A program made the translations under genes and the position numbers. This document shows positions 38,640 through 51,110 of a stretch of 64,000 nt of DNA, piece after piece. The notes under the pieces are model-generated. The model was not told the DNA's origin, made no database searches, and saw only the letters and a program-made list of their open reading frames with translations. Position 1 is the stretch's first letter. Each line of letters opens with the position of its first letter. Source of the DNA: Octopus sinensis (taxonomy: Eukaryota); contig NC_043007.1 in assembly GCF_006345805.1 (NCBI RefSeq), positions 15,872,001 through 15,936,000 of the forward strand. Reading direction: 5' to 3'.

Positions 38640-40870
38640 TAACTGAGCGCGTCGCATTGACAGAGTCACTAAGGTGTCGGGGGCAATGCTTTGCAGCATT
38701 TACCCTGTCTCTTTACGTTTGGAGTTCAAATCTTGCCTCTCATCCTTTCGGAATCGATTTAAAAAGTACCATTTGAGCAATGCGATTTTCGTAATCGGCT
38801 AGCCCCTCACCAAAAATTTCAGGCCTTGTACCTATAGTGGATAGAATTATTAGCATTATTATACCTGAGCAGAAAGTGGTGAACAGGCAGAATCGTTAGC
38901 ACACCGGACAAAATGCTTAGCAGCATTTCATCCGTCTTCTTCTTCTGAACTCAAACTCCAGTGAAGTCAACTTTGCCTCTGATTCTTTCACGGTCGATAA
39001 AATAAGTACCAGTTGAATACTGGGGTCATTGTAATTGACTTACCCCCTCGCTCGAAATTGCTTGCCTAGTTCCAAATTTTGAAATCTTTATTATACCAGA
39101 GTACATGGCGGCGAGTGGAGGCACATGGCCTAGTGGTTAGAGCAGCGGACTCACGGTCGAGGGATCGCGGGTTCGAATCTCAGACCGGGCGATGTGTGTG
39201 TTTATGAGCGAAACTCCTAAGCTCCATGCGGCTCCGGCAGAAAGTAATGGCGAACTTCTGCTGTCTCTTTCGCCACTCTTTCCTCCTGCATCTTGCAGCT
39301 CACCTGTGACGGACCGGCGTCCCGTCCAGGTTGGGAACCTATGCGCCAAGGAAACCGGGAATCCGGCCCTATGAGCCAAGCGTGGCTCGAGAAGGAACAA
39401 CAACATGGCGGCGAGCAGGCAGAATCGTTGGTACGACTGACAAAATACTTTGCGGCATTTCGTTCACTGTCCAAATTGGGGTCTATGAAATAAATACAAG
39501 CCTAGTGCTGAGGTCGATAAAATCGGCTAGCCCCCTCCGCCAAAATATCAGACCTTGTTCCTGCAGCAGAAAGGACTATTCTAGCTGAGCATGTAGCATT
39601 GACCATATCATTAAGGTATGGGAGAAAAATTCTTTGTAGTTTTAGTTTCGGATCTTTACGTTCTGTGTTCAAATCTCAATGAAATCAGCTTTGCTTTCTA
39701 TCCTTCAAGGACAGATAAAATAAAGAACCAATCAAGTACTGGGGTGGACGTTACTGATTTCCGCCCTCTCCTCACAGTTCCTGACCTTAAGTCAAAATTA
39801 GAACAGACGCAGAGTCATTAAGGCATCTTTACTTTCTGTGTTCAAATCCCACCGAAAGCAGCTCTGCGTTTCATCCTGGCGGGATTGAATACTCCCAAAA
39901 CTGCTGGTCTTATTTCTAAATTACAAACAATTATAGCCGATGGAAAGGTGGCGAGCTGGCCGAACCATTAGTACGCCTACAAAATGCTCAGCATCAATTT
40001 CATCCGACTTTACTTTCTGAGTTCAAATTCCGCCGAGGTCGACTTCGCCTTTCGTCTTCGTGGCATCGATAAAATAAGTATCAGTCAAATACACTCCAAG
40101 AAAAACCCTGCTGACGCTGTGCCAAACTTTGAAACCACTATAGATGAAGAAGCAAGATTTAGAGAATTGTTAAAACATTAGAGAAAGTGTCTTCCGGTAT
40201 TTGGTCCTGCTCTATAAGCTTTGCGTTCAAACCCCGCCGTATCAGTTTTGTTTTCATTGTTTAGGTCGATAAAATAAAGTACCAGTCGCGTACCACTTCG
40301 ATATAATCGATTCCAACCTCCCGCTACCAACATTTATGACTTTATGCTTACATTAGAAGTCATTGGATTGGCAGAATTTTTTGAGCGTTGAGCAAAATGT
40401 TCTGCAGTCTTTCTTTTAGCTCCTTACACCTGATTCCAAAACCTGCCGTGGTCAACTTTGCTTCAATCTCTCCGAAGTTAACAAACTAATTTCCCATCAG
40501 GGGTAGGTATTGATGTGTAGTTAAGGAACACGCTTCAGCCCCACTGCGTATTAGGGTCGATTTCTTTAACTAAAAACCTTGAAGGCGGAGCCCAAGCATT
40601 GCTGTATTCCAGTAACTGAAACAAATAAAGATTTAAAAAATAAAAGAAGTGCTGGTGGTCGATGTGATCGACTAACCCTCCCCACATATTTCTGTCTTTG
40701 TATCTATCTAAAAACCCTCATTAGATTTATTTTGCCTTTCATCCATCAGGAAATCGATAAAATTAAGTATCAGTCAGGAACTGGGCGTGGATCAAATCAA
40801 TCGTTATATTCTGTGTAAGATCAAATCGAGCCGAAGTCAGCTTTGTTTTCTGCCCTTTTAGTGGTGCGGG
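38640..40870 (+). mobile_element. Cluster of at least seven old Nin-like SINE fragments in the same orientation, plus one head-A/tail-B SINE (39117-39403)
   Basis: Repeated degenerate GAGTTCAAAT...CTTTGCCTTTCATCC...GTCGATAAAATAAGTACC motifs at about 38720, 38950, 39660, 39840, 40020, 40230 and 40730. Confidence 0.75.
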
Positions 40871-41718
40871 TCGATTAAATATAATACTAATCTATTACTA
40901 CTTATACATTTAATATTCCTATGGAGCAAGGGTGAGTAGGCTTTGAAGAGCTTAAGTCTTTATGTTTTATATTATTTTCAATAAGATCATTACGGATGTA
41001 GGAATAGACAGACGTTAATATCGTTCGCTTCGCAATCGCGGGGTTCCAAGCTTAATCCCACTGTTTGACATTTTCGATAACTAATTTTTATTACCATAGC
41101 TTTTTCCTTGTGAGCAAAATCACAGACGGAAACTGTGCGGAAGCCCGTCGAATAAATTATGCTCAAATTCGAAGGACCCGGTTTGTCCCACACTTTATCA
41201 TGCAGATTTTCTCTGAAAATTATGTTACGGGTACAACAAGCGTCTACGGAATACTCAGACACTTAATTGTTGATACAACAAGTATCGAAAAATTGCAACT
41301 CATCGTCGAAAGTGACGGAGGTTAATTCATTAATAAGAACATTAAAGTGAAGTAACCTCACTTGAGTTCTTAGCAATCTGGATAAACACACACATTTATT
41401 TTGAGAACATGTAATACAACTACTATGCGTTCAAGTAGAAAAATTAGCTAATTTTGACACATGGCTAGTAATTTTGAGGGAGAGTATTAGCTGTTGTCAT
41501 TGACTCCTGTACTTGAATGGTACTTCATTTTTATCGTTCCCGAAATGTCAAGTTGACCTCGGTGGAACATGAACTCAGAAAGTAAAGTCGGAAGAAGTAC
41601 TGCCAGACATTTTGTGCGACGCTCTAGCGATTCTATCGTTACGCCATCCCCTTTCCTGCACAAATAGAGGAAATTTATTCTTGTTAAAACGGAAACATAC
41701 AATTCTAATTCACCAATA

Positions 41719-42318
41719 AGGCGGCGAGCTGGCAGAAACGTTAGCACGCCGGGCGAATGTGTAGCCGTATTTCGTCTGCCGCTACGTTCTGAGTTCAAAT
41801 TCCGCCGAGGTCGACTTTGCCTTTCATCCTTGCGGGGTCGATAAATTAAGCGCCAGTTACGCACTGGGGTCGATGTAATTGACTTAATCCGTTTGTCTAT
41901 CCTTGTTTGTCCTCTCTGTGTTTAGCCCCTTGTGGGTAGTAAAGAAATAGGTATTTCGTCTGCCGCTACATTCTGAGTTCAAATTCCGCCGAGGTCGACT
42001 TTGCCTTTCATCCTTTCGGATTTGATAAATTAAGCGCCAGTTACGCACTGGGGTCGATGTAATTGACTTAATCCGTTTGTCTATCCTTGTTTGTCCTCTC
42101 TGTGTTTAACCACTTGTGGGTAGTAAAGAAATAGGTATTTCGTCTGCCGCTACGTTCTGAGTTCAAATTCCGCCGAGGTCGACTTTGCCTTTCATCCTTT
42201 CGGGTTTGATAAATTAAGCGCCAGTTACGCACTGGGGTCGATGTAATCGACTTAATCCCTTTGTCTGTCCTTGTTTGTCCTCTCTGTGTTTAGCCCCTTG
42301 TGGGCAATAAAGAAATAG
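41719..42318 (+). mobile_element. Nin-like SINE trimer
   Basis: One head followed by three units of about 184 bp joined at AAAGAAATA-GGTATTTCG (41950, 42134). GGAAACA..AATTCTAATTCACCAAT is duplicated on the flanks. Confidence 0.92.
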
Positions 42319-42823
42319 GAAACAATAAATTCTAATTCACCAATGACTTCAAGAAACTTACACTAATAATCAGTTATTCATTTTATTTAACCGTTTTAAA
42401 ATCAGTGCTGTGTCGCAATCACGCATCACTTATTTTACATTTGCATGCATTTATTTCGGGAGAAGATGAAAAAAGAAAATGATTTATTTAAAATGCATTA
42501 CGCTTGCATTGCATAACGTTAGCTAAAGACGTAAACAATTTCCTAGCTATTCGCTTTTTAATGTATTTCTATTTCTTCTTATATAGATTTTATATTTGAG
42601 TGGGGAAATAATGCATTCGAAAGACAGGTAAAAGGAAAATATGCCTTCAATATTAACGATTGTCTTTTTTTTTATTAATTATTTTTCTTTCTTTTTTAAT
42701 ACTGTCATATTTGCAAACTGAAACTAAATTCCAAAAATTGAAATCTCGCTGTCTTTGTTGTAATGCAGTGTCACTCTCTTGTATTATTAATTTATCATAT
42801 ATATATCTGTGATCGCAGGTAAT

Positions 42824-43232
42824 GCGGAGAGCTGGCAGAAACGTTAGCACGCCGGGCGAAATGCTAAGCAGTATTTCGTCTGCCGCTACGTTTGTGAATT
42901 CAAATTCCGCCAATGTCGACTTTGCCTTTCATCCTTTCGGGGTCGATAAATTAAGTACCAGTTACGCACTGGGTCGATATAATCGACTTAATCCGTTTAT
43001 CTGTCCTTGTTTGTCCCCTCTGTGTTTAGCCCCTTATGGGTAGTAAAGAAATAGGTATTTCGTCTGTCGTTACGTTCTGAGTTCAAATTCCGCCGAGGTC
43101 GACTTTGCTTTCATCCTCTCGGGGTCGATAAATAAAGTACCAGTTTCGCACTGGGTCGATGTAATCGACTTAATCCCTTTGTCTGTCCTTGTTTGTCCCC
43201 TCTATGTTTAGCCCCTTGTGGGTAGTAAAAAA
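42824..43232 (+). mobile_element. Nin-like SINE dimer
   Basis: Junction at 43054. CTGTGATC(G/A)CAG is duplicated on the flanks. Confidence 0.9.
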
Positions 43233-43259
43233 AATATATACCTGTGATCACAGCAGTTT

Positions 43260-45290
43260 CTTCTGTACCAAAAGGAATATGAAAACTTTTACGCCATTGC
43301 TTGTAGATGATCACAATTTTGGAAAGATGATCGAATTCTGATGATAATAACCGTTAGCTTGTTGTGCTTGATAATTTCGAACGTAAAAATTGGTAATGGC
43401 TTGGTTAGTTTTTAATTTTAATTTGGACAAATAAAACTGATCTAAATTTGGTTTTGGAATGCTTTCAAAACTGATCACCTGCGCTAGTTTCTTATTTTCA
43501 CCTATCAACTAGGGATTCCCTCTAGCAGGAGTGTCACGTGCGTTAAAAATGTTAAACCTAATAACCAGTGTCTTATCGAGTTTCCAATGAATATCACCCC
43601 GGTCATTTAAAGAAAAAAGCTTTGATTTCAGTTTAATGCTCCCAGACTCCTTCGAACACGTTAGTTTTACTTAACCAAATGAATGTTGTACGCAGGCACA
43701 AATCATCATAACTAGAATTAGTATTTGCTTCAAAATACCTAAAAAGGAGTCGATGAAAAAGCCTTGGCCTAGTGGAGTTCACAAATATTGGTTTCTAATT
43801 TTGGTACGAGGCCAGCAATTTCGGGGAGGGGTAAGTCGATTACAACGATTCCAGTGATCAACCAGCACTTATTTTATCGACCCTGAAAGGATGGAAGATA
43901 AAGTCGACTTCGGTGGAATTCGAACTTAGAACGTAAGGATGAATGAATACTGCGAAATATTTTCTCCGGCAAGCAAACGATTCTTATTTCTTTATTGCCC
44001 ACAAGGGGCTAAACTTAGAGGGGACAAACAAGGACAGACAAACAGATTAAGTCAATTAGATTGGCCCCAGTGCGTTTCTGGTACTTAATTTATCGACCCA
44101 GAAAAGATGAAAGGCAAAGTCGACTTCGGCGGAATTTGAACTCAGAACGTAACGGCAGACGAAATACCTATTTCTTTACTACCCACAAGGGGCTAAACAC
44201 AGAAAGGACAAACAAGGACAGACAAACGGATTAAGTTGATTACATCGACCCCAGTGCGTAACTGGTACTTAATTTATCGACACCGAAAGGATGAATGGCA
44301 AAGTCGACCTCGGCAGAATTTGAACTCAGAACGTAACGGCAGACGAAATACCGCTAAGCATTTCGCCCTGTGTGCTAACGATTCCACCAGCTCGCAACCT
44401 TAGAGTACACAAATATTAATACTAGCACAATAATGTTTACATTTTTGTTGACTTCCTGTACAACATTTAATGCAGTGGAATAGATTGAGTTTTGGAGATT
44501 CTGGATCATTTTTCAAAGAACGGCAAATTCTTCGTACCAAATTATCATTCTTGGTACACCAATTGTTGATTGATACAACTCTCTCAAGTAGTAAACAAGC
44601 AACATTTTTCATTTTTATTTAATGATTAGAAAATATCTTTTCTCAAGTTTACTCCTTGTGATAGGAATATTTTTTAACAAAACTTCATTGATACTGCAAT
44701 CCTCAAATGTTATTGGAATGTAAATGTACGTTTATGCTAAGTCAAAAGCATTTATTGATCAAGCCATTTGCAAAGAAGAATATTTGCACACTAAAACATA
44801 CTTATGTATATCATATATATCTTTAGTCATGTCATCAGACAATCTTTTAAGCTACAGCATTCTTTGATAACAGCAACTCACTTATGGCATTTATTACTGC
44901 TACTTTATTTTCTTTTAAATCTTCAAATAGCCAGACACTAGCTTCCAGAAAAGACTCCTTCATCATGTCACTTCGATAGTAGCTGGCAAAAAATTAGAAA
45001 TTATTACCGCCTTGAAAAACCTTTGTTGTTTTTCCACTTGCATTTTTTTTTTTTTTTCTTATTTCCATATTTCAAATAAACTGTGCTGGGAATCTTCTGT
45101 GGGCAATATTAGAACGTCTTTCTTCATTGTATATCAAAGGAAAACCCACGCGTTTCTTCATTCACTAACAAAAAATAATTTATCCATTCTTTGTTTCCTT
45201 GGTACGAGTTTTTCCTTTTTAATATGATGGCATTTAACGCTATATGTTATTGGTGTGATACTCATGATATGGATTTTGAGCAAAAAGTAG
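43260..45290 (-). pseudogene. Highly degenerate hAT (Charlie/SPIN-type) transposase relic interrupted by a SINE multimer
   Basis: Manual translations in the expected order: MMKESFLEASVWLFEDLKENKVAVINAISELLLSKNAV; CKYSSLQMA*SINAFDLA...FEDCSINEVLL (the FSLQLDESTD region); LKNDPESPKLNLFHCI (the HC motif); HRLLFRYFEANTNSSYDDLCLRTTFIWLSK (the RWLS region). Many stops. Confidence 0.7.
43790..44400 (-). mobile_element. Nin-like SINE multimer (three bodies)
   Basis: Three reverse-complement bodies with junctions at about 44168 and 43985. CACAAATATT is duplicated on the flanks. Confidence 0.88.
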
Positions 45291-45528
45291 CAAATTAATT
45301 TAGTTACCCAGTGGATAGAAACGTCAATTCACAAAATACAGACGAATTATCGCATTCGTCGAATAAGAATAACGCTTGCTGGAATATGTAAGATATGATT
45401 ATTTTCATTATTATATTAATCAGTTTGGTTTTGGGGTTGGATTTTTCGAAATTTATTTCAATTTCACTAGAATTCTTATATGTTTACAAGAGCTAGATAG
45501 GCATCTCCAACTAGGAGGCCATGCTACC

Positions 45529-45569
45529 CCAGACTGATGACGAGCAAAGACTCAGAAACTAGTCTCTGG
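45529..45569 (+). ncRNA. Minimal type-I hammerhead ribozyme
   Basis: CCAGA-CTGATGA-cGAG CAAAGA CTCa-GAAA-CTAG-TC-TCTGG. Perfect 5-bp stem I, canonical core, palindromic stem III ACTAGT, GUC site at 45562-45564. Confidence 0.72.
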
Positions 45570-45999
45570 ATGCAGGCTTAGCTGGGTGGAGGTGCTTATC
45601 TCCCCCTTGTAAACATAAGGACACAGGAAATGTGTCAAGGCCGACAGGAAGCGTTGCTGCTTCCTAGAGCTAAATAACAGTAGTGTGATTCTCTTCATGG
45701 GACTATCACATTAAGTTGACAGTATACAACCACTCATTTCATTTTCTGTTTAATTGAAATATTTCCGAAATTCGTTGATGTAATTAAAACTTTCTGTGAA
45801 ATCTTTTTTAATAAATAAATATATAATTTAATATTTTTTCTGCATTTTATTCATCTCTCATTGCTACACAATAACCAAATATTTAAATATGTAGTGTTTT
45901 AATTTATATTTTCTGTTTTATTATACCATAGTTTTAGTAAAACTTGGATTCTGTGACGATTCTCACGGTCGCCTGCTTAATACTCTTATGAGTAAAGGT

Positions 46000-46205
46000 G
46001 ACGAGCTAGCAGAAACATTAGCACGCCGGGTAACATGCTTAGCGGGATTTCGTCTGTCTTCCGAGTTCAAATTCTGCCGAGATCGACTTTGCCTTTCATC
46101 CTTTCGGGGTCGATAAATTAAGTAGCAGTTGTGTACTGGGGTTGATCTAATCGGCTGGCCCCCTCCCCAAATATTTCGGGCCTTGTGCCTAGAGTAGAAA
46201 AGAAT
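46000..46205 (+). mobile_element. Nin-like SINE
   Basis: Head, body and GTGCCTAGAGTAGAAAAG tail. Confidence 0.82.
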
Positions 46206-46321
46206 ACTCTTGTGAGTAGAGGTTTTTCGCAATCCAATTGGCTAGGCATTCGTATATGTCTGTACGTGTGTGAGTGTATGTATAAACACAATTATATATA
46301 TGCATTTATCATATATAACAA

Positions 46322-46677
46322 TAAAGGTGGCGAGCTGGCAGAATCGTTAGCACGCCAGGCAAAATGCTTAGCAGCACTTCGTCCGTCTTCACGTTCTGAG
46401 TTCAAATTCCGTTGAAATCTGTTATGCTTTTCATCCTTTCGGGGTCGATAAAATAAGTACCAGTTGCATACTGGGTTTGATGTAATTGACTTACACCGTG
46501 CATGAATTTGCTGGCCTTGTGCCACAATTTAAAATCATTATATATATGAACCAACCACATGGTTCCGGGTTCAGTCCCATTGCGTGGCATCTTGGGCAAG
46601 TGTCTTCTGCTATAGCCTCGGGCCGACCAATGCTTTGTGAGTGGATTTGGTAGACGGAAACTGAAAGAAGCCTGTCG

Positions 46678-46711
<34 letters not shown>

Positions 46712-46945
46712 GTATGTGTGTGTGTTTGTGTGTCTGTGTTTGTTCCTCTAGCATTGCTTGACAACCGATGCTGGTGTGTTTACGTCCCTGTCACTTAGCG
46801 GTTCGGCAAAAAGAGACCGATAGAATAAGTACTGGGCTTACAAAAATAATAAGTCCCAGGGTCGAGTTGCTCGACTAAAGGCGGTGCTCCAGCATGGCCG
46901 CAGTCAAATGACTGAAACAAGTAAAAGAGTAAAAGAGTAAAGAGA
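46322..46945 (+). mobile_element. Nin-like SINE followed by a CORE-like SINE
   Basis: Nin-like at 46322-46530, CORE-like at 46550-46945. Confidence 0.85.
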
Positions 46946-47079
46946 GTATGAATATATGCGTGTATACATTCATACGTACATTTCAATATCTTCTTGTTCA
47001 TCATGCTATTGTATTTTTCTTGTTAATATCGCAATCTTTCTTCTGTTTTTCCCCCCTTTTATGGGAGGAATTAATCAAT

Positions 47080-47930
47080 GCCACCGACCCTGCACGAGAC
47101 TGATACTTTATTTATCGGCTTCAGAGAGATGAAAGACAAAGCCAACATCGGTGGGATTTAAACTCAGGATGTAAAGGCCTTGAAGAAATACCGCAAAGCA
47201 TTTTCTATATTTTGGAGAAGAAAAAGAGGAGGGGAGGCGGAGAGGAGAGGGAGGGGAGATAACAGAAGGAAAAAAGGAAGCCAATCTCGCTTTCCTTCTT
47301 CATCATTTTTCTTCTCCTCCTCACCCCCCCCCCCGCCATTAAGGTGTCAGAAAAATTGCTTTGCAATATTTTCTTCAGGCAAGGGCGGCGAACTGGCAGA
47401 AGCGTTAGCACGCCGGGCGAAATGCTTAGCGGCATTTCGTCTGCCGTTACGTTCTGAGTTCAAATTCAGCCGAGGTCGACTTTGCCTTTCATCCTTTCGA
47501 GGTCGATTAAATAAGTACCAGTTACGCACTGGGGTCGATATAATCGACTTAATGCCTTTGTTTGTCCTTGTTTATCCCCTCTATGTTTAGCCCTTTGTGG
47601 GCAATAAAAAAAATAAGAATCGTTAACAGCCGGGCAAAGTACCTGGCAGCATTTCATCCTTCTTCACGTTCCGAGTTCAAATTCCACCGAAGTCGACTTT
47701 GCCTTTTATCGTTTCTGGGTTGGTAACATAACTAGTATTTTATCACTGAGGTCGATGTAATCGACTTACCCCCTCCCCCGAAAGTGTTGGCCTCATGGCC
47801 AAAATTTAAAACCAATATTTCTTCAGGTAGTTTCCATTCCGAATTTAAACCCCACCGAGGTCTACTTTGGCTTTCATCTCTCTGGGGTCGGCAAAATAAA
47901 GTACCAGTCTTGTACTGAATCGATGGTATT
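47080..47930. mobile_element. Cluster of Nin-like SINE copies
   Basis: Minus fragment at 47080-47200. Plus copies at 47380-47610, 47615-47820 and 47825-47930. Confidence 0.8.
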
Positions 47931-48129
47931 CACTTTCCACTACTCTCCAAAAAAAATTCAAAGATCAAATATTCGCCTGAAAGGCAATAAAATGTATATG
48001 CGTGTATATATACACATATATTTATATGGTAAATGTATGTATATGTATATATATTTTCACTATGGGCTCCGTGTGAGCAGTCATCTAAAAGCTTTTTGTG
48101 CATCTTGATGTTGACATAAATTCCTTGCT

Positions 48130-48212
48130 TTTCCTGATGAGAAAGCGGCATAATATACTCCTTATTCCTTCGCAATTAGGAATATGCAGCCTTCGAAACA
48201 TATGTCGAAAAT
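48130..48212 (+). ncRNA. Type-I hammerhead ribozyme with long stem II
   Basis: TTTTC-CTGATGA-GAAAGCGGCATA...TATGCAGCCTTC (10/12 pairs, inner TATTCCT/AGGAATA hairpin)-GAAA-CATATG-TC-GAAAA. Stem I extends with TCCTT/AAGGA. Confidence 0.78.
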
Positions 48213-48395
48213 AAAGGATTTTTGTTAATTCGTCGTTCAATTCTATTCTTTCATATATTTATATTTTTAAAAAAAACATACAAATTTCCACACGAAAGCA
48301 CGTAACTTCAAACGTGTCTTCTCTGATGTGAATTTGCTACCCAGGTATCAGTTAACCGAATATCCATAACAAGATAATTCATTCAACTACTCAAA

Positions 48396-48451
<56 letters not shown>

Positions 48452-49739
48452 TACATTGGATTGTGAACGACTTTTGCGTTTGTTTTCACAAAGTATTGAG
48501 CAGACGTTTGTGAGAATCGTTACTGAAGCAAAATTTCTCCAAAACAATGGTACAATGAAGTAGCAAATATAATTTAAAGACTTGGAATGTAAATATTTGG
48601 TTATTGTATGGAGATGGGAGACAATGTAGAGAAAAAAAGCACTTTTTAGAATTATTCATATATTTATTTTCAAAAAAAATTCATTGAATGGTTTAATTAT
48701 ATCAGCGACTTTCGGAAATATTTCCAGTAAACAGAAATTAAAATGGCTTCTTCAAAAGAAAAGCGAATTGATTAATATAATCATCAACATAATCACATCT
48801 TACATATTCCAAGAAACGTTGCTTTTTTTAACGGATACGATAATCCGTCTGTATTTTGTGAATACATATTTTTATTCAACGGGAAACCAAAACTAATTGG
48901 TTATTATATTTTGCATGTGCAAAATTCATACCACAAATATCATACCAACAGAATACACCGTTACTGCTATCAACATAAAAGGGACAAATGCATACCAAAA
49001 GAACAAAAAAATGGATGAAATAAGTTTTTGCTATGAAGGGATTAAAGATATTGCGCAGATCTCCTTTACCATACAATTTGGAAAAGCATCTTAATACTGT
49101 TCATAAAAATTCTCAACATAGTTTTTTTCCAAATATGGATATGAGAAAAACCGTACAAATGTTATTGTTGTCACACAGTTTTAAATCTATCTTGATCGTG
49201 CAGACTTCAGCTCAAATGCATTAAAGATGTGACCTTCCGTATCAAAGGTATCCAGCGGCATATTGCCTGTGTCCTTTCCTTTTTAACAAATATATTGAGT
49301 GGTCCAAAGGAAATTTGGCTTTATTTTTAATACAAGGAACTCCACATAGAGTTTTGCTAATTATTTCCTCGTCCGTTCTGATAATGGAAACCTATGGTCA
49401 AAGGCTCTCCAAGTGTGACCATCCCATCTTTGGTATATGTACAAGGAACCCAGAACAATATAAACAAGCTTGTCATTTAGTGGCTGAGCTGCGCTCAAGT
49501 AACACGCTTGATACCTAATCTCTTGTCCTTCATTCTTGCGAAGTAGAAAGTGCTGGTGGATTCATAGTCTTTGGAGATCGTTTGCGCTGTTATTATTTGT
49601 ATTTTTTTTGTAACTTAATTAGGCTTGGACATTGTTTAAATATTGGTGTATAGTTTTGAGAGTGGCATTTGTGTGTGTATGTATGTATGTATGTATGTAT
49701 GTATGTATGTATGTATGTATGTATGTATGTATGTATGTC

Positions 49740-50130
49740 AGGTCACTTTCGAGTGCTACTGGTAACATGTAACCCAGTACAACCTGTTGCATGGTCGGGT
49801 CGTCGGCGACTAAACCGGCAACCCCACCAAGCTCGCTTGGTGAGGAGGGTGTTTATTGGTCACCCTGCGGGATGAAAAACAAAACCCGTCAAAGGGCGGA
49901 GGAACTCTTGAGAGTCAACGGCCATCCAATAAATGTCTTAAAGCTGTATCATGCGCGGGGACATAGAAATAATCGGACTGAATACCAGATCGCGCGGTTA
50001 AACCATTGGAAGTGAAGGACTCCTAGCCTTTGTTAGGGCATCCTTCTAGGAGAAGGCAACTCAGGTAACTGGGATAATTCCGACATAAAACCTGCGGCTC
50101 AGTGGTTACCGATGATGTTGACTTGTTCTT
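49740..50130 (+). mobile_element. Probable RTE-type LINE 5' UTR fragment
   Basis: Multi-hairpin GC-richer segment starting right after (TATG)n and containing GGGCATCCTTCTAGGAGAAGG, which resembles RTE 5' regions from memory. No ORF support. Confidence 0.35.
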
Positions 50131-50320
50131 AGTGAGTGTGATTGACTCAGTGCACAGCCTTTCCTTACTTAAAAAAATATCTTCTTGCACAGGCATTGCA
50201 CGATAACAACATTGATTAAGCTTCGTGCAATGGCCATACTCGATAACGAGGGGCAGCCACCATGTATGTATGTATGTATGTATGTATGTATGTATGTATG
50301 TATGTATGTATGTATGTATG

Positions 50321-50394
<74 letters not shown>

Positions 50395-50395
<1 letters not shown>

Positions 50396-50800
50396 TTGTC
50401 ACCCTGTCGATCGCACTACTATCAGATGCCCTCATACTTTGCAGATGACAATATGCTTCCAAAGTTCCTTTAACAGCCACCTTCTCTATGTTCAGTCAAA
50501 ATACTCTGGTGGTCTTCGGAGATATCTAAAACCGATCCCTTGTATACCACTTAAAACCTGCATGGACCCACCTATTGTCTGTAAACCTTAGCACATGTCC
50601 GGCCCAGAAGTATTTGAGCTTTCGTTATTCTTCGATGTCATCGTTCGATCCACTCTGTTCTTGAAATACTTCGTTTCGGACATATTCTCGCAGTTATGCT
50701 CGTAGCATGGGCCTTGTCATGCCTCTCTCACCAACCCCCAACAATCTCTCCCTCTTCAAGCTGAGAGTTTTTTGTACTTTTTCGTGACGGAAAATACACC
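50395..50800 (-). mobile_element. RTE-clade LINE 3' relic
   Basis: Minus-strand translation REYVRNEVFQEQSG...RKLKYFWAGHVLRFTDNRW matches the RTE C-terminal LKWQWAGHIARRTDNRW motif. It ends at a (GATA)n tract. Confidence 0.72.
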
Positions 50801-50900
50801 TTTTGGAGCAGTTGTAATGAAATTGCTTTCTTATATCAGAGTAATAAGGCATTTCAACAGAGCATCATTACCCCCGGGAATTACAGGGTACACCAGCTAG

Positions 50901-50946
<46 letters not shown>

Positions 50947-51017
50947 ATAGAAATGGTAAGACAACAAAAAATGAAAGAGACCTCGATATTATGTAAATAG
51001 AAGAATTTATCTGTAAT

Positions 51018-51110
51018 ATATGTGACAATTATTCGGTAGCCATGATAAAACTCCGCCCCGACACCCGAAACTCGGAGTTTTATCATGGCTACCGAATAAT
51101 TGTCACATAT
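51018..51110. repeat. Perfect inverted repeat, 38-bp arms, 17-nt spacer
   Basis: ATATGTGACAATTATTCGGTAGCCATGATAAAACTCCG (51018-51055) is the exact reverse complement of 51073-51110. Confidence 0.97.

Noticed and set aside
43330-43395. CTGATGA...GAACGTA hammerhead-like motif
   Set aside because: Stem II does not pair, stem I is out of register, and it lies antisense within the hAT relic.
48690-49300. Possible second hAT/BED relic (PYNLEKHLNTVHKN)
   Set aside because: Only one weak motif; no ordered set of transposase motifs could be found.
49740-49950. HDV-like or twister ribozyme expected at an RTE 5' end
   Set aside because: I could not assemble a complete P1-P2-P3-P1.1-P4 or twister topology by eye; an Infernal/RNArobo scan would settle it.
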